A stretch of 60,580 nt of DNA, filler included. It is 7 parts of 7 records of this genome, joined end to end, with 100 filler letters (N's around TTAATTAATTAA, not from the genome) between each part and the next. Parts side by side here need not be neighbours in the genome. Positions count along the whole stretch, not along the records: positions 1 to 10,164 come from SRR31156797_62732; 6 more parts are not named here. The stretch is one strand, 5' to 3'. Positions within the stretch are counted from its first letter, which is position 1. Each line of letters opens with the position of its first letter. The notes beneath the pieces are model-generated. The model was not told the DNA's origin. It saw only the letters and a program-made list of their open reading frames with translations, and ran no database searches. Of the stretch, positions 1-10,264 are shown one piece after another. The position numbers and the translations under genes were made by a program.

Positions 1-1272
1 CCACATCTGCAGAAAGGTCATGGGATCGGCGTAGTCCCCGATCCAGGTGATCTGCCCCAGGGTGTAGTCCGACTCTTTCAGGGATGAGAAATAGCGGGGA
101 AAGGGGACCTCTTCGATGATGACCTCCGTTTCCAGATGCTCCTTCCAATTCTCCAATATGATCTTCAGGTTCTCTGCGTCCTTATAGGCTACTCGAATTT
201 TGATGGGAGGAAGGCCCTTGCCGCTGGGGTAGCCCGCCTCTTCCAGGAGGGCCAGCCCCTTCTCTGTCTCCTCCTTCACGAGTCCTTCTACTTCGGGATA
301 ACCCGGAATCTCCGGAACCAGACGGCTTGTGGGCAGGTATTCGCTGCTCCTTATCTTGTCCCAGGGGAGAAGGAGGGCCAGGCCCGTGCGGACCCGGGGG
401 TCGTTCCAGGGCTCTTCCTGGTTATTGAAATAGAAGTAGGTCGTGGCGAACAGAGGGTGAAGGACCAGGCGGTCAGGATCGATGGACTGGCCGCCCCATC
501 CCGAAACGACCCAGTCCACCTCATACAGGCGGAACTGTTCCATCAGCTCTTCGGGATCGTTGCTGAACTGGAGCCTCAGACGGTCGACGCCGACCCCTGC
601 CCTGTCCCAGTACAGTGGATTCTTCTCCAGCTTTATCAGGCCGTTCTCCGGTCGCTTTGAAAAACGGTAGGGCCCGTTTACGGGTATCGTCTCTTCATCC
701 CACCAGCTGGCGTGATCATCCAGAACGGGATGGACGGGTACGAAGCTGTAGTGGCAGAGTATCTGAAGGAAGTAGGGGACCTGCCGTTCCAGGGTCACGA
801 TCAGGGTCCTCTCATCCTTCGCTTCGATGGCAACCTTTTCGGCGTCTCCGGCGGCGTTCCGGAAGGCCCTGGCGCCCTCGATCACGTCCAGGAGGGAGGC
901 GTAATCCGCCTTCTTCCCGGGGGACAGGAGCTTGATCCAGGAATCCCGGATATCCCCGGCTCCCAGGGCGTCGCCGTTGCTCCACTTCAGCCCCTCTCTC
1001 AGGTGAAAGGTATAGACCAGGCCGTCTTCGCTGATGTCCCAGCTTTCGGCCATGCCCGGTTCGGGCTGCAGGGTAACGGGGTCGTAGGCGACCAGTCCCT
1101 CATACAGGGCGGTAAAGATCTGGGCCTCCGTGGTGGTGAATCCCAGCTGGGGATTCAGAGAGAGAGACGAGGGCGAGAAGTTTACGGTCAACTCGGTGCT
1201 TTCTTCGGCCCCCAGAAAGGGCAGAACCGTTCCAATCAGAAACAGGATGGGCAGTATTTTCTTCAAAGGCAC
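1..1272 (-). CDS. oppA: Peptide ABC transporter substrate-binding protein (OppA/family 5), runs off the window start
   Basis: Translated by hand (absent from the ORF track): GTG start, signal-like KKILPILFLIGTVLPFLG, LYEGLVAYDP..PEPGMAESWDISEDGLVYTFHLREGLKWSNGD, and WIGDYADPMTFLQMW at the window edge. Confidence 0.9.
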   Translation of the reverse strand, partial: MPLKKILPILFLIGTVLPFLGAEESTELTVNFSPSSLSLNPQLGFTTTEAQIFTALYEGLVAYDPVTLQPEPGMAESWDISEDGLVYTFHLREGLKWSNGDALGAGDIRDSWIKLLSPGKKADYASLLDVIEGARAFRNAAGDAEKVAIEAKDERTLIVTLERQVPYFLQILCHYSFVPVHPVLDDHASWWDEETIPVNGPYRFSKRPENGLIKLEKNPLYWDRAGVGVDRLRLQFSNDPEELMEQFRLYEVDWVVSGWGGQSIDPDRLVLHPLFATTYFYFNNQEEPWNDPRVRTGLALLLPWDKIRSSEYLPTSRLVPEIPGYPEVEGLVKEETEKGLALLEEAGYPSGKGLPPIKIRVAYKDAENLKIILENWKEHLETEVIIEEVPFPRYFSSLKESDYTLGQITWIGDYADPMTFLQMW

Positions 1273-1275
1273 TTA

Positions 1276-1629
1276 TTACTCCAGGTATCCTCTTAAAAGG
1301 GATTCATAGTCCTTGTTCTTGACCGGCTTGACCAGAACCTGGTTGAAACCGGAAGCTTCCAGCCGGGAAACGGCATCGTCGTCACTGGTTATGGCGACCA
1401 GCGGAGTTTCGTCGTCGTTCCTCCTGATCTTCTCGGCCACCACATCCCCGTTGTTTCCGGGCATATACTGGTCCAGTATCACAAGATCGGGTTTCTCCCG
1501 GCGATACAGCTCAAAGGCCTGAAGTCCGTCTTCCGCCAGAATGCAGCTGTAATTCATCTTGCGGCAGACAATCTCCAGGATCTTTCTGTTGGTAAACTCA
1601 TCTTCGGCATACAGGACTTTCTTTGTCAT
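1276..1629 (-). CDS. Single-domain response regulator (REC)
   Basis: LYAEDE acidic pocket, ILDQYMP phospho-Asp, AITS, VKP. Confidence 0.9.
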   Translation of the reverse strand: MTKKVLYAEDEFTNRKILEIVCRKMNYSCILAEDGLQAFELYRREKPDLVILDQYMPGNNGDVVAEKIRRNDDETPLVAITSDDDAVSRLEASGFNQVLVKPVKNKDYESLLRGYLE

Positions 1630-1671
1630 TATTCAAACCTCGTATCATTATCCCACGTTACAGGATCAACT

Positions 1672-2640
1672 TCAACTTTTATGGTTAAACAGATTGGGCG
1701 CCGACGGGGCCAGCGGGCTGAACTCGCGGGCGATCCTGTCCATAACGGCTCCCAGTTTTTCGGGAAGCTCCCCCTCGCCGGGGGCGAAATTCGCTTCGGC
1801 CTGGGCCCTGTTCCGGCAGCCCAGAAGCACCGAGTCGGCCCCGCTCCTTTCCCGGGTGTAGCGGGCGACGGCCTGTTCCACCGGGATCCCCGCCTCGCGG
1901 CAGCCCCGGTCCAGTTCCCGCAGCACCCTCAGGACGGCGGGCCTGAGCTCTTCTCCGTAAAGCAGCATCTTATGTCGGAACCCCTCATGATTCCGTTCCA
2001 GATGTTCGATGCCCGTGCTTGTGAGAAGGCCCTGCGCCAGGACCGCATAGGGGATGAAGGAAATTTCGTTTTGCCCGAGAAAGGGGAGGAGCTCCCTCTC
2101 CGGACTGGTCCACAGCAGGTTGTAGCCGCCCTGATAGACATCCACCTGTCCGGCTTCCTCTACCATGCGGATCTGCTCTATCGAAAAATTGCTGACCCCG
2201 ATGGCCCGGATGCGTCCCTCCCGTCGGAGCCCTTCCAGCATCTCCATTCCCGGTCTCATATCCGTACCGCCCAGGGGCCAGTGTATATAGAAGATATCCA
2301 CGTAATCCGTCAGCAGCCTGCGGAGGCTTGTCTCAAAAGCGGATTTCATCTTTTCGGGATTGCTGTAGAAGGCTTTGGTTCCCAGGATACAGGAACTGCG
2401 GATTTTCCTGAGCTGCTGCCCCAGGATCTGTTCTGAGCGCCCCTTTCCGTAGACTGGCGCCGTGTCGAAGTGGTTTATATCAAGGGCCAGCGCCCTGTGC
2501 AGGGCCCTGACGGAATCCTTGTGGTTCTGGGGCCCCCAATACTCTCCGCCGAGAGCCCAGGTTCCGAAGCCCCGGGAGCTTATTTCGGGCAGGATTTTCA
2601 GCAATCTGGAGGTCTTTACACGATTTTTTTCTTCCTGCAT
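1672..2640 (-). CDS. Aldo/keto reductase
   Basis: GFGTWALGG, FDTAPVYG, TK, YIHWP, IGVSNF. Confidence 0.9.
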   Translation of the reverse strand: MQEEKNRVKTSRLLKILPEISSRGFGTWALGGEYWGPQNHKDSVRALHRALALDINHFDTAPVYGKGRSEQILGQQLRKIRSSCILGTKAFYSNPEKMKSAFETSLRRLLTDYVDIFYIHWPLGGTDMRPGMEMLEGLRREGRIRAIGVSNFSIEQIRMVEEAGQVDVYQGGYNLLWTSPERELLPFLGQNEISFIPYAVLAQGLLTSTGIEHLERNHEGFRHKMLLYGEELRPAVLRVLRELDRGCREAGIPVEQAVARYTRERSGADSVLLGCRNRAQAEANFAPGEGELPEKLGAVMDRIAREFSPLAPSAPNLFNHKS

Positions 2641-2804
2641 ATCATCCTATCGGCATAAAAAGGAGCAAAAAGCGTATAAATCTTTCAATATCGGCGGATC
2701 CCGATCTTGAGTAAAGGCAATAGATATATGACGATTCCCGAGTTGTTTTAGACATTATAGAGAGAACTGAATATTTAAAAACCTTCTGAACTACTGGGAG
2801 AACA

Positions 2805-3503
2805 ATGGATTTTTTGAAGTATATTTTTATCAGCTGTATGGTGTTAGCGCTCAGCAGCTGTTTGTCTACCGACTCCGACGGAGCCGCCTCCGAGCTCGCC
2901 GTCGAGGAATACGAGGCCTATCTCAAGAGCGCCGTCTATGGGAATATGAAGACAGAAGGGGAGGATCCCTTTCAGACCAGGCTGCGGCATATTGAATACT
3001 ATACGGTGGTCACCGGAGACCGCGAGATCGCTCAGATTATCTATGACGAGGCCTCCCGGTACAACGTCGATCCCGAGCTCGCCTTTGCCCTGGCCTTCTC
3101 CGAGAGCGCATTCAGACCCTACGCCGTCAATAAGAACAGAAACTCCATAGACAGGGGACTGTTCCAGCTCAATTCCCGCTCCTTTCCCCATCTGAAGGAG
3201 GAGGATTTCTTCGATCCCGAGATCAATGTCCCCCTGGGAGTGGCCTATCTCCGCTACTGTCTGGACATCGGGGGGAACGAGGTGGCGGCGCTGGCCATGT
3301 ACAATGCCGGACCCAACCGGGTCAAGGATAACCGGACCCCCAACATGACCCTGAACTATATCTCCAAGATACAGGAATACAAGGGACATCTGGAGCAGGG
3401 CCTTATTCCGGAGGACTTCAGCCCCGACATCATACCCGTTCCCGACGTTAAATCGCTGAAGAATATAACCCTCCTTATGGAACAAAGCGGTAAAATTAAT
3501 TAA
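2805..3503 (+). CDS. Lytic transglycosylase (SLT domain), probable lipoprotein
   Basis: Lipobox-like LSSC; FSESAF catalytic Glu, GLFQL, AMYNAG. Confidence 0.88.
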   Translation: MDFLKYIFISCMVLALSSCLSTDSDGAASELAVEEYEAYLKSAVYGNMKTEGEDPFQTRLRHIEYYTVVTGDREIAQIIYDEASRYNVDPELAFALAFSESAFRPYAVNKNRNSIDRGLFQLNSRSFPHLKEEDFFDPEINVPLGVAYLRYCLDIGGNEVAALAMYNAGPNRVKDNRTPNMTLNYISKIQEYKGHLEQGLIPEDFSPDIIPVPDVKSLKNITLLMEQSGKIN

Positions 3504-3513
3504 GCTGTGGGAC

Positions 3514-5418
3514 ATGATTATTGTTCTGCATAATACGGTTCAGCCCGCCGAGAAGCGGCATATACAGGATTACCTGGAGTCCAAGGGCTACAAGGTAAGG
3601 GAAATCGTCGGCGAGAAGGACACGGTTCTGGGAGCCGTCGGTTCCAGCGCCCTGGATCTGCGGCAGGTGGAACTGCTGCCGGGCGTGGCCCAGGTCATCC
3701 CCATCTCCAAGCCCTACAAACTGGCTTCCAGGGAGCTGAAGAAAGAGGACACGGTCTTCGACGTCGGCCCCGTCACCATCGGCGGTAAAAGGGTCTGCGT
3801 CCTGGCCGGCCCCTGCGCCGTCGAGTCCCGGGAGCAGATCATCGCCTCCGCCCTGGCCGTCAAGAAGGCCGGCGCCGTCATCCTCCGGGGAGGCGCGTTC
3901 AAACCCAGAACATCACCCTATGCCTTCCAGGGGCTGGGGGAAGAGGGCTGCAAGTACCTCAAGGAAGCCGGTGAGATCACCGGCATGCCCGTCGCCACGG
4001 AGATCGTCTCCCCCGGGGACGCAGAGATGATGGCCCAGTATATCGATATCTTTCAGATCGGAGCCAGGAATATGCAGAACTTCGAGCTTCTGAAGAAGGT
4101 CGGTTCCCTGGGCATGCCCGTTATCCTGAAGCGCGGACTCTCGGCCACCATCCAGGAGTGGCTGATGGCCGCCGAGTACCTTCTGGCTTCGGGAACCGAT
4201 AAGGTCATCCTCTGCGAGCGGGGGATCCGGACCTTCGAAACCATGACCAGAAACACCCTGGACCTTTCGGCCATCCCCGTTGTGCAGAAACTCAGCCACC
4301 TGCCCGTTATCGTAGACCCGTCCCATGGAACGGGCCTGCGGAACAAGGTGCTGCCCATGGCGCTGGCCGGAGTCGCCGCCGGCGCCAACGGGCTGATCAT
4401 CGAGGTTCATCCCGATCCCGACCACGCCCTGTCAGACGGAGCCCAGTCCCTCTTCCCCGAGCAGTTCGAGAAACTGATGGGTGACCTGGAGACCCTCAGC
4501 CCCGTGGTGGGCAAGGAGATCGCCCGCATCCCCGATAAGCGTCATCAGGCCCTGGCCGCATCGGTCAGTTCTCCGGCCGCCGCCGCTGCCGGCGACGCCC
4601 CCAAGGCCGTATTCCAGGGACTCCCCGGGGCCTACAGCGAGCTGGCCATCAAGACCTACTTCGACGGCACCGACGTTCAGGCCGTGCCGGTTCCCCAGTT
4701 CACGGACATCTTCAAGGCGGTGCTGGCGGGAGATGCCGATTGGGGCATGGTCCCCCTGGAAAACTCCGTAGCCGGCTCCATACTGGAAAACTACGACCTT
4801 CTGAACCGCTATCCCGATCTGGCCATCTGCGGCGAGATCAAGGTCCGGATCCGCCACAACCTTCTGGGCGTCGCCGGTACGGATCTCAAGAACGTGAAGA
4901 AGGTCTATTCCCATCCCCAGGCCCTCTCCCAGTGCGCCGTTTATCTGGACAAGCAGGGGATGGAGGCCGTGTCCTACTACGATACGGCCGGAGCGGCTTC
5001 CCATGTGGCCGCCCAGGGCGCCGCGGATATAGCCGCCATCGCTTCCGACCGCTCCGCCGATGTCTACGGACTGAAGGTCCTGGCCGAAGGGATCGAAACC
5101 AATCCCCACAACTACACGCGCTTCGCCGTGATCGCCCGCAAGGATATGGTCAAGGCCGACGCGGAAGTGGACAAGGCTTCGGTCGTCTTCTCCACCCCCG
5201 ATGAGGCGGGAGCCCTCACCCGCTGCCTCTCGGTCTTCTCCGAGTACGGGCTGAACATGAAGAAGCTGGAGTCCAGGCCCATTCACGGCAAGCCCTGGTC
5301 CTATATGTTCTACATCGATCTGGACATTCCCGAGGACCGCAGCGGCTTCGAAAAGGCCATTGAGAAGATCAAGACCGTCAGCGAGGATTTCCGCATTCTG
5401 GGTCTGTACCGCAGCTGA
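3514..5418 (+). CDS. aroF-pheA: Fusion: type I-beta DAHP synthase (with N-terminal regulatory domain) + prephenate dehydratase + ACT
   Basis: AGPCAVES, GGAFKPRTSPY, IGARNMQNF, DPSHG; then FQGLPGAYSE, PLENSVAG, SHPQALSQC, NYTRF, KLESRP. Confidence 0.92.
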   Translation: MIIVLHNTVQPAEKRHIQDYLESKGYKVREIVGEKDTVLGAVGSSALDLRQVELLPGVAQVIPISKPYKLASRELKKEDTVFDVGPVTIGGKRVCVLAGPCAVESREQIIASALAVKKAGAVILRGGAFKPRTSPYAFQGLGEEGCKYLKEAGEITGMPVATEIVSPGDAEMMAQYIDIFQIGARNMQNFELLKKVGSLGMPVILKRGLSATIQEWLMAAEYLLASGTDKVILCERGIRTFETMTRNTLDLSAIPVVQKLSHLPVIVDPSHGTGLRNKVLPMALAGVAAGANGLIIEVHPDPDHALSDGAQSLFPEQFEKLMGDLETLSPVVGKEIARIPDKRHQALAASVSSPAAAAAGDAPKAVFQGLPGAYSELAIKTYFDGTDVQAVPVPQFTDIFKAVLAGDADWGMVPLENSVAGSILENYDLLNRYPDLAICGEIKVRIRHNLLGVAGTDLKNVKKVYSHPQALSQCAVYLDKQGMEAVSYYDTAGAASHVAAQGAADIAAIASDRSADVYGLKVLAEGIETNPHNYTRFAVIARKDMVKADAEVDKASVVFSTPDEAGALTRCLSVFSEYGLNMKKLESRPIHGKPWSYMFYIDLDIPEDRSGFEKAIEKIKTVSEDFRILGLYRS

Positions 5419-5442
5419 TTTCATTTCCCTGACAAACGCTAA

Positions 5443-5483
5443 GGGGCTGCCACGATGACCTTTCAAGGCTTTGCGGCAGCCCC
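5443..5483. terminator. GC-rich inverted repeat downstream of aroF-pheA (terminator or REP-like)
   Basis: GGGGCTGCC (5443-5451) ... GGCAGCCCC (5475-5483); long loop, no clear U-tract. Confidence 0.45.
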
Positions 5484-5546
5484 CCCAGTCCCCAGGCGGT
5501 TTCAGAACGACTTGTATCTTTATCTCCAACTCTTATAATTCAATAT

Positions 5547-7355
5547 ATGAACGCGGAGAAGAGAAACAGCGTCCTCCTCCTCATCTTGTTTGAAGCCTTC
5601 ATGACGGTTCTGCTGGTTGTAATCGACACGGATATCTACAGAGACCTGAAGGCGTTGAGGGTGGGGAAGCTGGAAAGCGACTCCCATCTTCTGGGGGAGT
5701 GGATACGGGATTCTCATACCGCCTCGGGTTATCTCATGAAGGGGATACTCGGTATTATACCTGAAGAAGAGGTCCGTTACCCTCCCCTGAGCACCAATGC
5801 CTACCACGATGCGGTTGAGAGAGTTTCTGTATTAAGCAACTCTTTTCCTCATAACTATTTGTCTGGGATTGTGGACGACGTGGGCATCCTGACCCACAGC
5901 TTGGATTACGACGGCATGGATATGACCCAGTACCCCTTCTATGATGAGCTGTCCGAGAAGACCGCAGGATCTTTTTACTTCAGCGATGCCTTTGAGATGG
6001 AAAGCGGCGACTGGGCGGTCTGCCATGCCCTGAAGTCCGTCGATCCGGAGAGGAACATCGCAGCCGTCATGGTGATTAAACTTGAGTTCTTCGAGGAATG
6101 GCTGAGCCGGCTGGAGCCGGAGAATGTGGAGAGGATTCTCGTTATGGACAGCCGCGGCTATATCCTGGCGGGGGACTGCAACGGGGAATGCAAACAGAAG
6201 ATCGTGGAACTGAACACCCTGACAGAGAACGATCCTGTCGAGGAGGGGCGCTTCAGATTACTCAAAGGCGGGGAAGGGGATCTCTACGCCCTTTACCGGA
6301 TACAGGGACTGCCCTATACGGTTGTTTTCATTAATCCTGTCATCGTCTCTTTGACGGAACTGCTCCTTCCCCTGGTCATTATCATGATCGGCTACAGCTG
6401 TGTTGTGGTTTTGGGATTCGCAGCTTTCCATTCCCATCTGTCCCAGATCAATTTGAACAGGATATTAGATAAAACCTCTTCGGAGATGACGGCGATATTC
6501 GAACACTCCATGGTCGGAATCATCATGCTGAATGACAGATACTGCATCACCAGGGCCAATGTACGCTTCTCCGAAATCCTCGGCTACGCTTCGCCTGATG
6601 AGATATCGGGCATGTCCATTTCTGATTTTTATCTCTCATCCGAGAGTTTCAGACGATTCGTCGTGCTATACAGGAAGGAGATGCGGATCAGCGGGATCGT
6701 TAAGATGGAGTATGAGTTCCGGCGCAAGGACGGAAGCCCGATGTGGGCCAGGATCGTAGGGAAACCCTTGGATCTCCAAAACAAATCGGGGGTACGGAAA
6801 ACAGAGATCTGGATTGCCGAAGACATTAGCGACAGACGGGCGGCCGAGCAGAAGTTGAAAGAACTGGCTTCTACCGACTCTATGACGGGCATTGCCAATC
6901 GCCGCTGTTTTATGGAGGCTGCCGAGAGGGAGTTCGCCAACTCCTATCGGTACAAGAGGCCGCTTAGCGCTATGATGCTGGATATCGACCATTTCAAGGC
7001 TGTAAATGACAGATTCGGCCATGCCATAGGCGACAAGGCCATCATCCTGGTTGTCGATATCTGCCGAAAAAGCCTGAGAACCGGAGATCTTTTCGGCAGG
7101 ATAGGAGGAGAGGAGTTCGCCTTTGTCCTGCCCGATACGGATGTGGGCGACGCGGCTCTGGTGGCCGAGCGCATCAGGGCCATGGTGGAAGAAGAGACGA
7201 GGGGCAGGGACGACGGCATCCCTCACTTTACGGTCAGTATGGGCCTGGCGGAAGCTTCGAAAACGGACAAGCGCTTCGAGGTTCTGCTCCAGAGAGCGGA
7301 CAAGGCGCTGTATAAGGCCAAGGGGAATGGGCGTAACCGGGTCTGCCGTTTATGA
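5547..7355 (+). CDS. Membrane sensor diguanylate cyclase (extracytoplasmic domain-PAS-GGDEF)
   Basis: Two TM segments, PAS/PAC (RRKDGSPMW..EDISDRR), DIDHFKAVNDRFGHAIGD, RTGD I-site, GGEEF. Confidence 0.92.
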   Translation: MNAEKRNSVLLLILFEAFMTVLLVVIDTDIYRDLKALRVGKLESDSHLLGEWIRDSHTASGYLMKGILGIIPEEEVRYPPLSTNAYHDAVERVSVLSNSFPHNYLSGIVDDVGILTHSLDYDGMDMTQYPFYDELSEKTAGSFYFSDAFEMESGDWAVCHALKSVDPERNIAAVMVIKLEFFEEWLSRLEPENVERILVMDSRGYILAGDCNGECKQKIVELNTLTENDPVEEGRFRLLKGGEGDLYALYRIQGLPYTVVFINPVIVSLTELLLPLVIIMIGYSCVVVLGFAAFHSHLSQINLNRILDKTSSEMTAIFEHSMVGIIMLNDRYCITRANVRFSEILGYASPDEISGMSISDFYLSSESFRRFVVLYRKEMRISGIVKMEYEFRRKDGSPMWARIVGKPLDLQNKSGVRKTEIWIAEDISDRRAAEQKLKELASTDSMTGIANRRCFMEAAEREFANSYRYKRPLSAMMLDIDHFKAVNDRFGHAIGDKAIILVVDICRKSLRTGDLFGRIGGEEFAFVLPDTDVGDAALVAERIRAMVEEETRGRDDGIPHFTVSMGLAEASKTDKRFEVLLQRADKALYKAKGNGRNRVCRL

Positions 7356-7363
7356 GCCGGGGC

Positions 7364-8782
7364 TTATGAGTCGGGGTTGATGCCCAGGGCCTGGAGCTGC
7401 TCGATCTCCTCAAGCTGCACCTGATACTCTTTCAGACCTGTGACGACCTTTGTGACCGACAGCTTCATCTGCTGTAACTCCGCCTTATAGCCCTTCATTT
7501 TGCCGCGGATTTCCGGATCCGTTTCCTCTTTGAAGAACTGTTCCAGGGAAGCCAGGCGGTTGATGATTTTCTTCAGCTCCAACTGATTCTTGTTCAGAAA
7601 GTCATTCAGCTGCTCATGTTCGGATTCGGCCGCTCTCAGATAGGAGGTGCTCGTCGGGTTATTCAGATTTTTAAAGTAGGTGGACTTCATTCTGAGCCAG
7701 TTCAGATAGCTTGTGAAGTTCATCTTCTCCTTTTTCTTTCCCTTGCCCAGAGAGCTTGTGTTGATCTCGTAGAATACCTCATTCTTCTGGAGCATCACCC
7801 TGCTGAACCAGCGCGACAGCTTTTGGGTGAAGCCTTTGAGATTCTCATCCTGTACGCGCGCATTGTCATCCAGGCGGGTGATGACGGTCTCAAGGGGAAT
7901 ATATACCTTGGCTATCTCCCCTACCAGAGCGAGGAGCTCCTTCTTCATCTCCGCGGACCGGTCGATCTTCTTTTTCTTTACGGTCTTCCTTTTGACTTCC
8001 AGTTCGCTGAGGATCTTATCCTTTAAGGCGTCGCCCTCTGAGGAATAATCCTCATTCAGGATCTCTTCCACCAGCTCCCTGTAGAAAGGATTGCCGTCCC
8101 AGAGGACGGGGAATTCAAACTTGATGGCCTGCAGGGTTCCCGAAAGGTCCTTTTGAATCCTTCCCGGATCCAGGGTCATATTGTTGAGGACGTTCATGCG
8201 GCACTGCAGTTTGTAGCTCTGCCGGGCGTAGAAGGAGATCCCCTTGAGGAATTTCTTGATGGACTTGTTGTACTCCTTCAGCATCTTCAGGGAGTTGGCG
8301 ACTATATTGATCGCCATACCGTCGCTGGTCTGCTTTACCTTATCCAGGTAGGCCGCCAGGGTCCTGGTCATGATATGGGCGGAATTCAATGAGATATCAC
8401 CCCAGTGGAAGTAATTGACCAGAGCGAGGATGTTCTTGATTCCCTTGAGGTTAAGGGTTTCGGGGCTCATAAAGAAGAAGCTGTTGAGAAAGTCCAGCTG
8501 GTTCGCGTATTCCTGCATCCTTATATTCATCTGGTTAAAGGTGTCGGATTCCGGAAAGGGATCGGAGGGCGGAGCCTTCAGGTCGGAGATCTTCTGTTCG
8601 TAGTCGTACTGGTCCTCCTGGATCAGCCCCTTCTCGAGAAAGACCTTGTACAGACCCATGTAGGAACTCTGGTAGGTCCGGCACAGATCCTTGAGTTTTG
8701 GTATTTCGTCCTTGGTCATGATGGATGCCCGGCCCATAAGGGCCTCATCCAGTTTCGCTACAAACAATTCCGACTGGCTCAT
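7364..8782 (-). CDS. Hypothetical helical protein (probable start MSQSELF)
   Basis: Long ORF with codon style like its neighbours; charged and coiled-coil-like; no motif recognised. Confidence 0.7.
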   Translation of the reverse strand: MSQSELFVAKLDEALMGRASIMTKDEIPKLKDLCRTYQSSYMGLYKVFLEKGLIQEDQYDYEQKISDLKAPPSDPFPESDTFNQMNIRMQEYANQLDFLNSFFFMSPETLNLKGIKNILALVNYFHWGDISLNSAHIMTRTLAAYLDKVKQTSDGMAINIVANSLKMLKEYNKSIKKFLKGISFYARQSYKLQCRMNVLNNMTLDPGRIQKDLSGTLQAIKFEFPVLWDGNPFYRELVEEILNEDYSSEGDALKDKILSELEVKRKTVKKKKIDRSAEMKKELLALVGEIAKVYIPLETVITRLDDNARVQDENLKGFTQKLSRWFSRVMLQKNEVFYEINTSSLGKGKKKEKMNFTSYLNWLRMKSTYFKNLNNPTSTSYLRAAESEHEQLNDFLNKNQLELKKIINRLASLEQFFKEETDPEIRGKMKGYKAELQQMKLSVTKVVTGLKEYQVQLEEIEQLQALGINPDS

Positions 8783-8871
8783 ACTGGCTATTATCACCGA
8801 ATATAGATAAAGTAACAACAGAAATTGTAATTCCGGGGAGAATGAAATGCAAACTCTCCGCACGGGGCCTT

Positions 8872-9402
8872 ATGGGGAATATCAAGTTTTACACAGCTGA
8901 GAAACTCGTTATGGGAATGCTGATCGCCGATCCGGGATCTCTGGGTTCGGTGCTGGACAGACTGACGGCCCTATGGGGGGAGACCGACAGCCTTACGGAA
9001 GCCGCCCGCTTCTCCTTCAGCGATTACTACGTTCCCGAGATGGGCGGCCCCCTTTACCGCGTCTTCTGTTCCTTCCGCCCCCTGGTCAGTCCTGAGGATC
9101 TGGCGGACATCAAGATCTGCAGTAACGGACTGGAAGAGGAGCTGGCCCGTAACGGGCGCCGGACGGTCAATCTCGACCCCGGGATACTCTGTCAGAGCAA
9201 GTTTATCCTGGCCAGCACCAAGAACAACGCCCATCGCGTTCCCCTGCGGAATGGGATATACGGAGAGCTGACCCTTCAGTACAGGAAGGGCGCGTTCCGC
9301 AGCCTGGACTGGACCTATCCCGACTATCGGGAGGAAAGTGCCAGGAACTACCTGCTGAGGGTGCGCAGGCTCTATGTGGAGCAGTTGAAAAAAAAGCAAT
9401 AA
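8872..9402 (+). CDS. DUF4416-like protein
   Basis: FSDYYVPEMG, RTVNLDPG, LASTKNNAHRVPL..GIYGE, WTYPDY. Confidence 0.75.
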   Translation: MGNIKFYTAEKLVMGMLIADPGSLGSVLDRLTALWGETDSLTEAARFSFSDYYVPEMGGPLYRVFCSFRPLVSPEDLADIKICSNGLEEELARNGRRTVNLDPGILCQSKFILASTKNNAHRVPLRNGIYGELTLQYRKGAFRSLDWTYPDYREESARNYLLRVRRLYVEQLKKKQ

Positions 9403-9451
9403 TTCCCACTCTCCTTTGAAGCGGGAAGCCCGCTCCGTCCGTATATGAGGC

Positions 9452-10164
9452 ATGATCGGGTATGTCCTTACTTTCGCCTTCGGCCTCTTCCTCACGGCGG
9501 GGTGCTCCCTCATCTCTCCCACCCAGGAGCTCTCCGTCCGCACTCCTATGGTTCCGGAGGAGCTGGAGCCCCTTTTCAAGGGGATCTGGACTCTGGAATG
9601 CTGTTCCCTCTCAGGAGAGGCCACGTCCAGAGAGCTGGACTGGAGCGAGGGAGTGCCTGCCTCGATCTCCCTGTCCCGGAAGAAGGAGGAAGATCTTCTG
9701 ATCCTTCTTTCTTCGCCTTTCTCATTTCCGGGGCAGGGATTCTTTCCCGCAGGCCTCTGGCTTCCCTGGGACGAGGGGGGAGGGGAGCTCAGCTTCCACG
9801 AAGGAGCCGCCGTATTCCTCGTATCCGCCCTTGTGAAAGAAGGTGTCCCCATGAGGGCGTTCAATATGAAGCGCTTCCTGGAAGAGATGGCGGAGCTGGA
9901 GGAGCCCTGGAACTGCGACAGAGAGCTCCTCCTCCGCCAGCTGGGGCGGCGTGAGATGCGCAGCTGGTACATCCATGAGAGGCGTACCCACCCGGTCGAT
10001 CTGAACCTGCCCCCGGGCCTCTGGTTCAGGGGCAATCCCGGGGCGCCGCCTTTCGAGTCCGACGGGAATCCCGGAGCGCTTGAGCTTGCCGAGGGCTATC
10101 ACTTCTTCTTCTGCCCCGAACGGAAGGAAGGGGCGGAGGTTCAGGTGGACGACCATGGGGAGGC
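9452..10164 (+). CDS. Hypothetical lipoprotein, truncated by the gap
   Basis: Hydrophobic N-terminus ending LTAGC; frame open to the spacer. Confidence 0.6.
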
Positions 10165-10264
10165 NNNNNNNNNNNNNNNNNNNNNNNNNNNNNNNNNNNN
10201 NNNNNNNNTTAATTAATTAANNNNNNNNNNNNNNNNNNNNNNNNNNNNNNNNNNNNNNNNNNNN
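10165..10264. other. Artificial contig-joining spacer
   Basis: N44-TTAATTAATTAA-N44; the core carries stop codons in every frame. Confidence 0.98.

Noticed and set aside
136..1296. Plus-strand ORFs at the window start
   Set aside because: Antisense shadows of the minus-strand OppA gene
10209..10220. Recurrent TTAATTAATTAA palindrome and ORFs ending in X..LIN
   Set aside because: Synthetic all-frame stop linker used to join contigs, not biological
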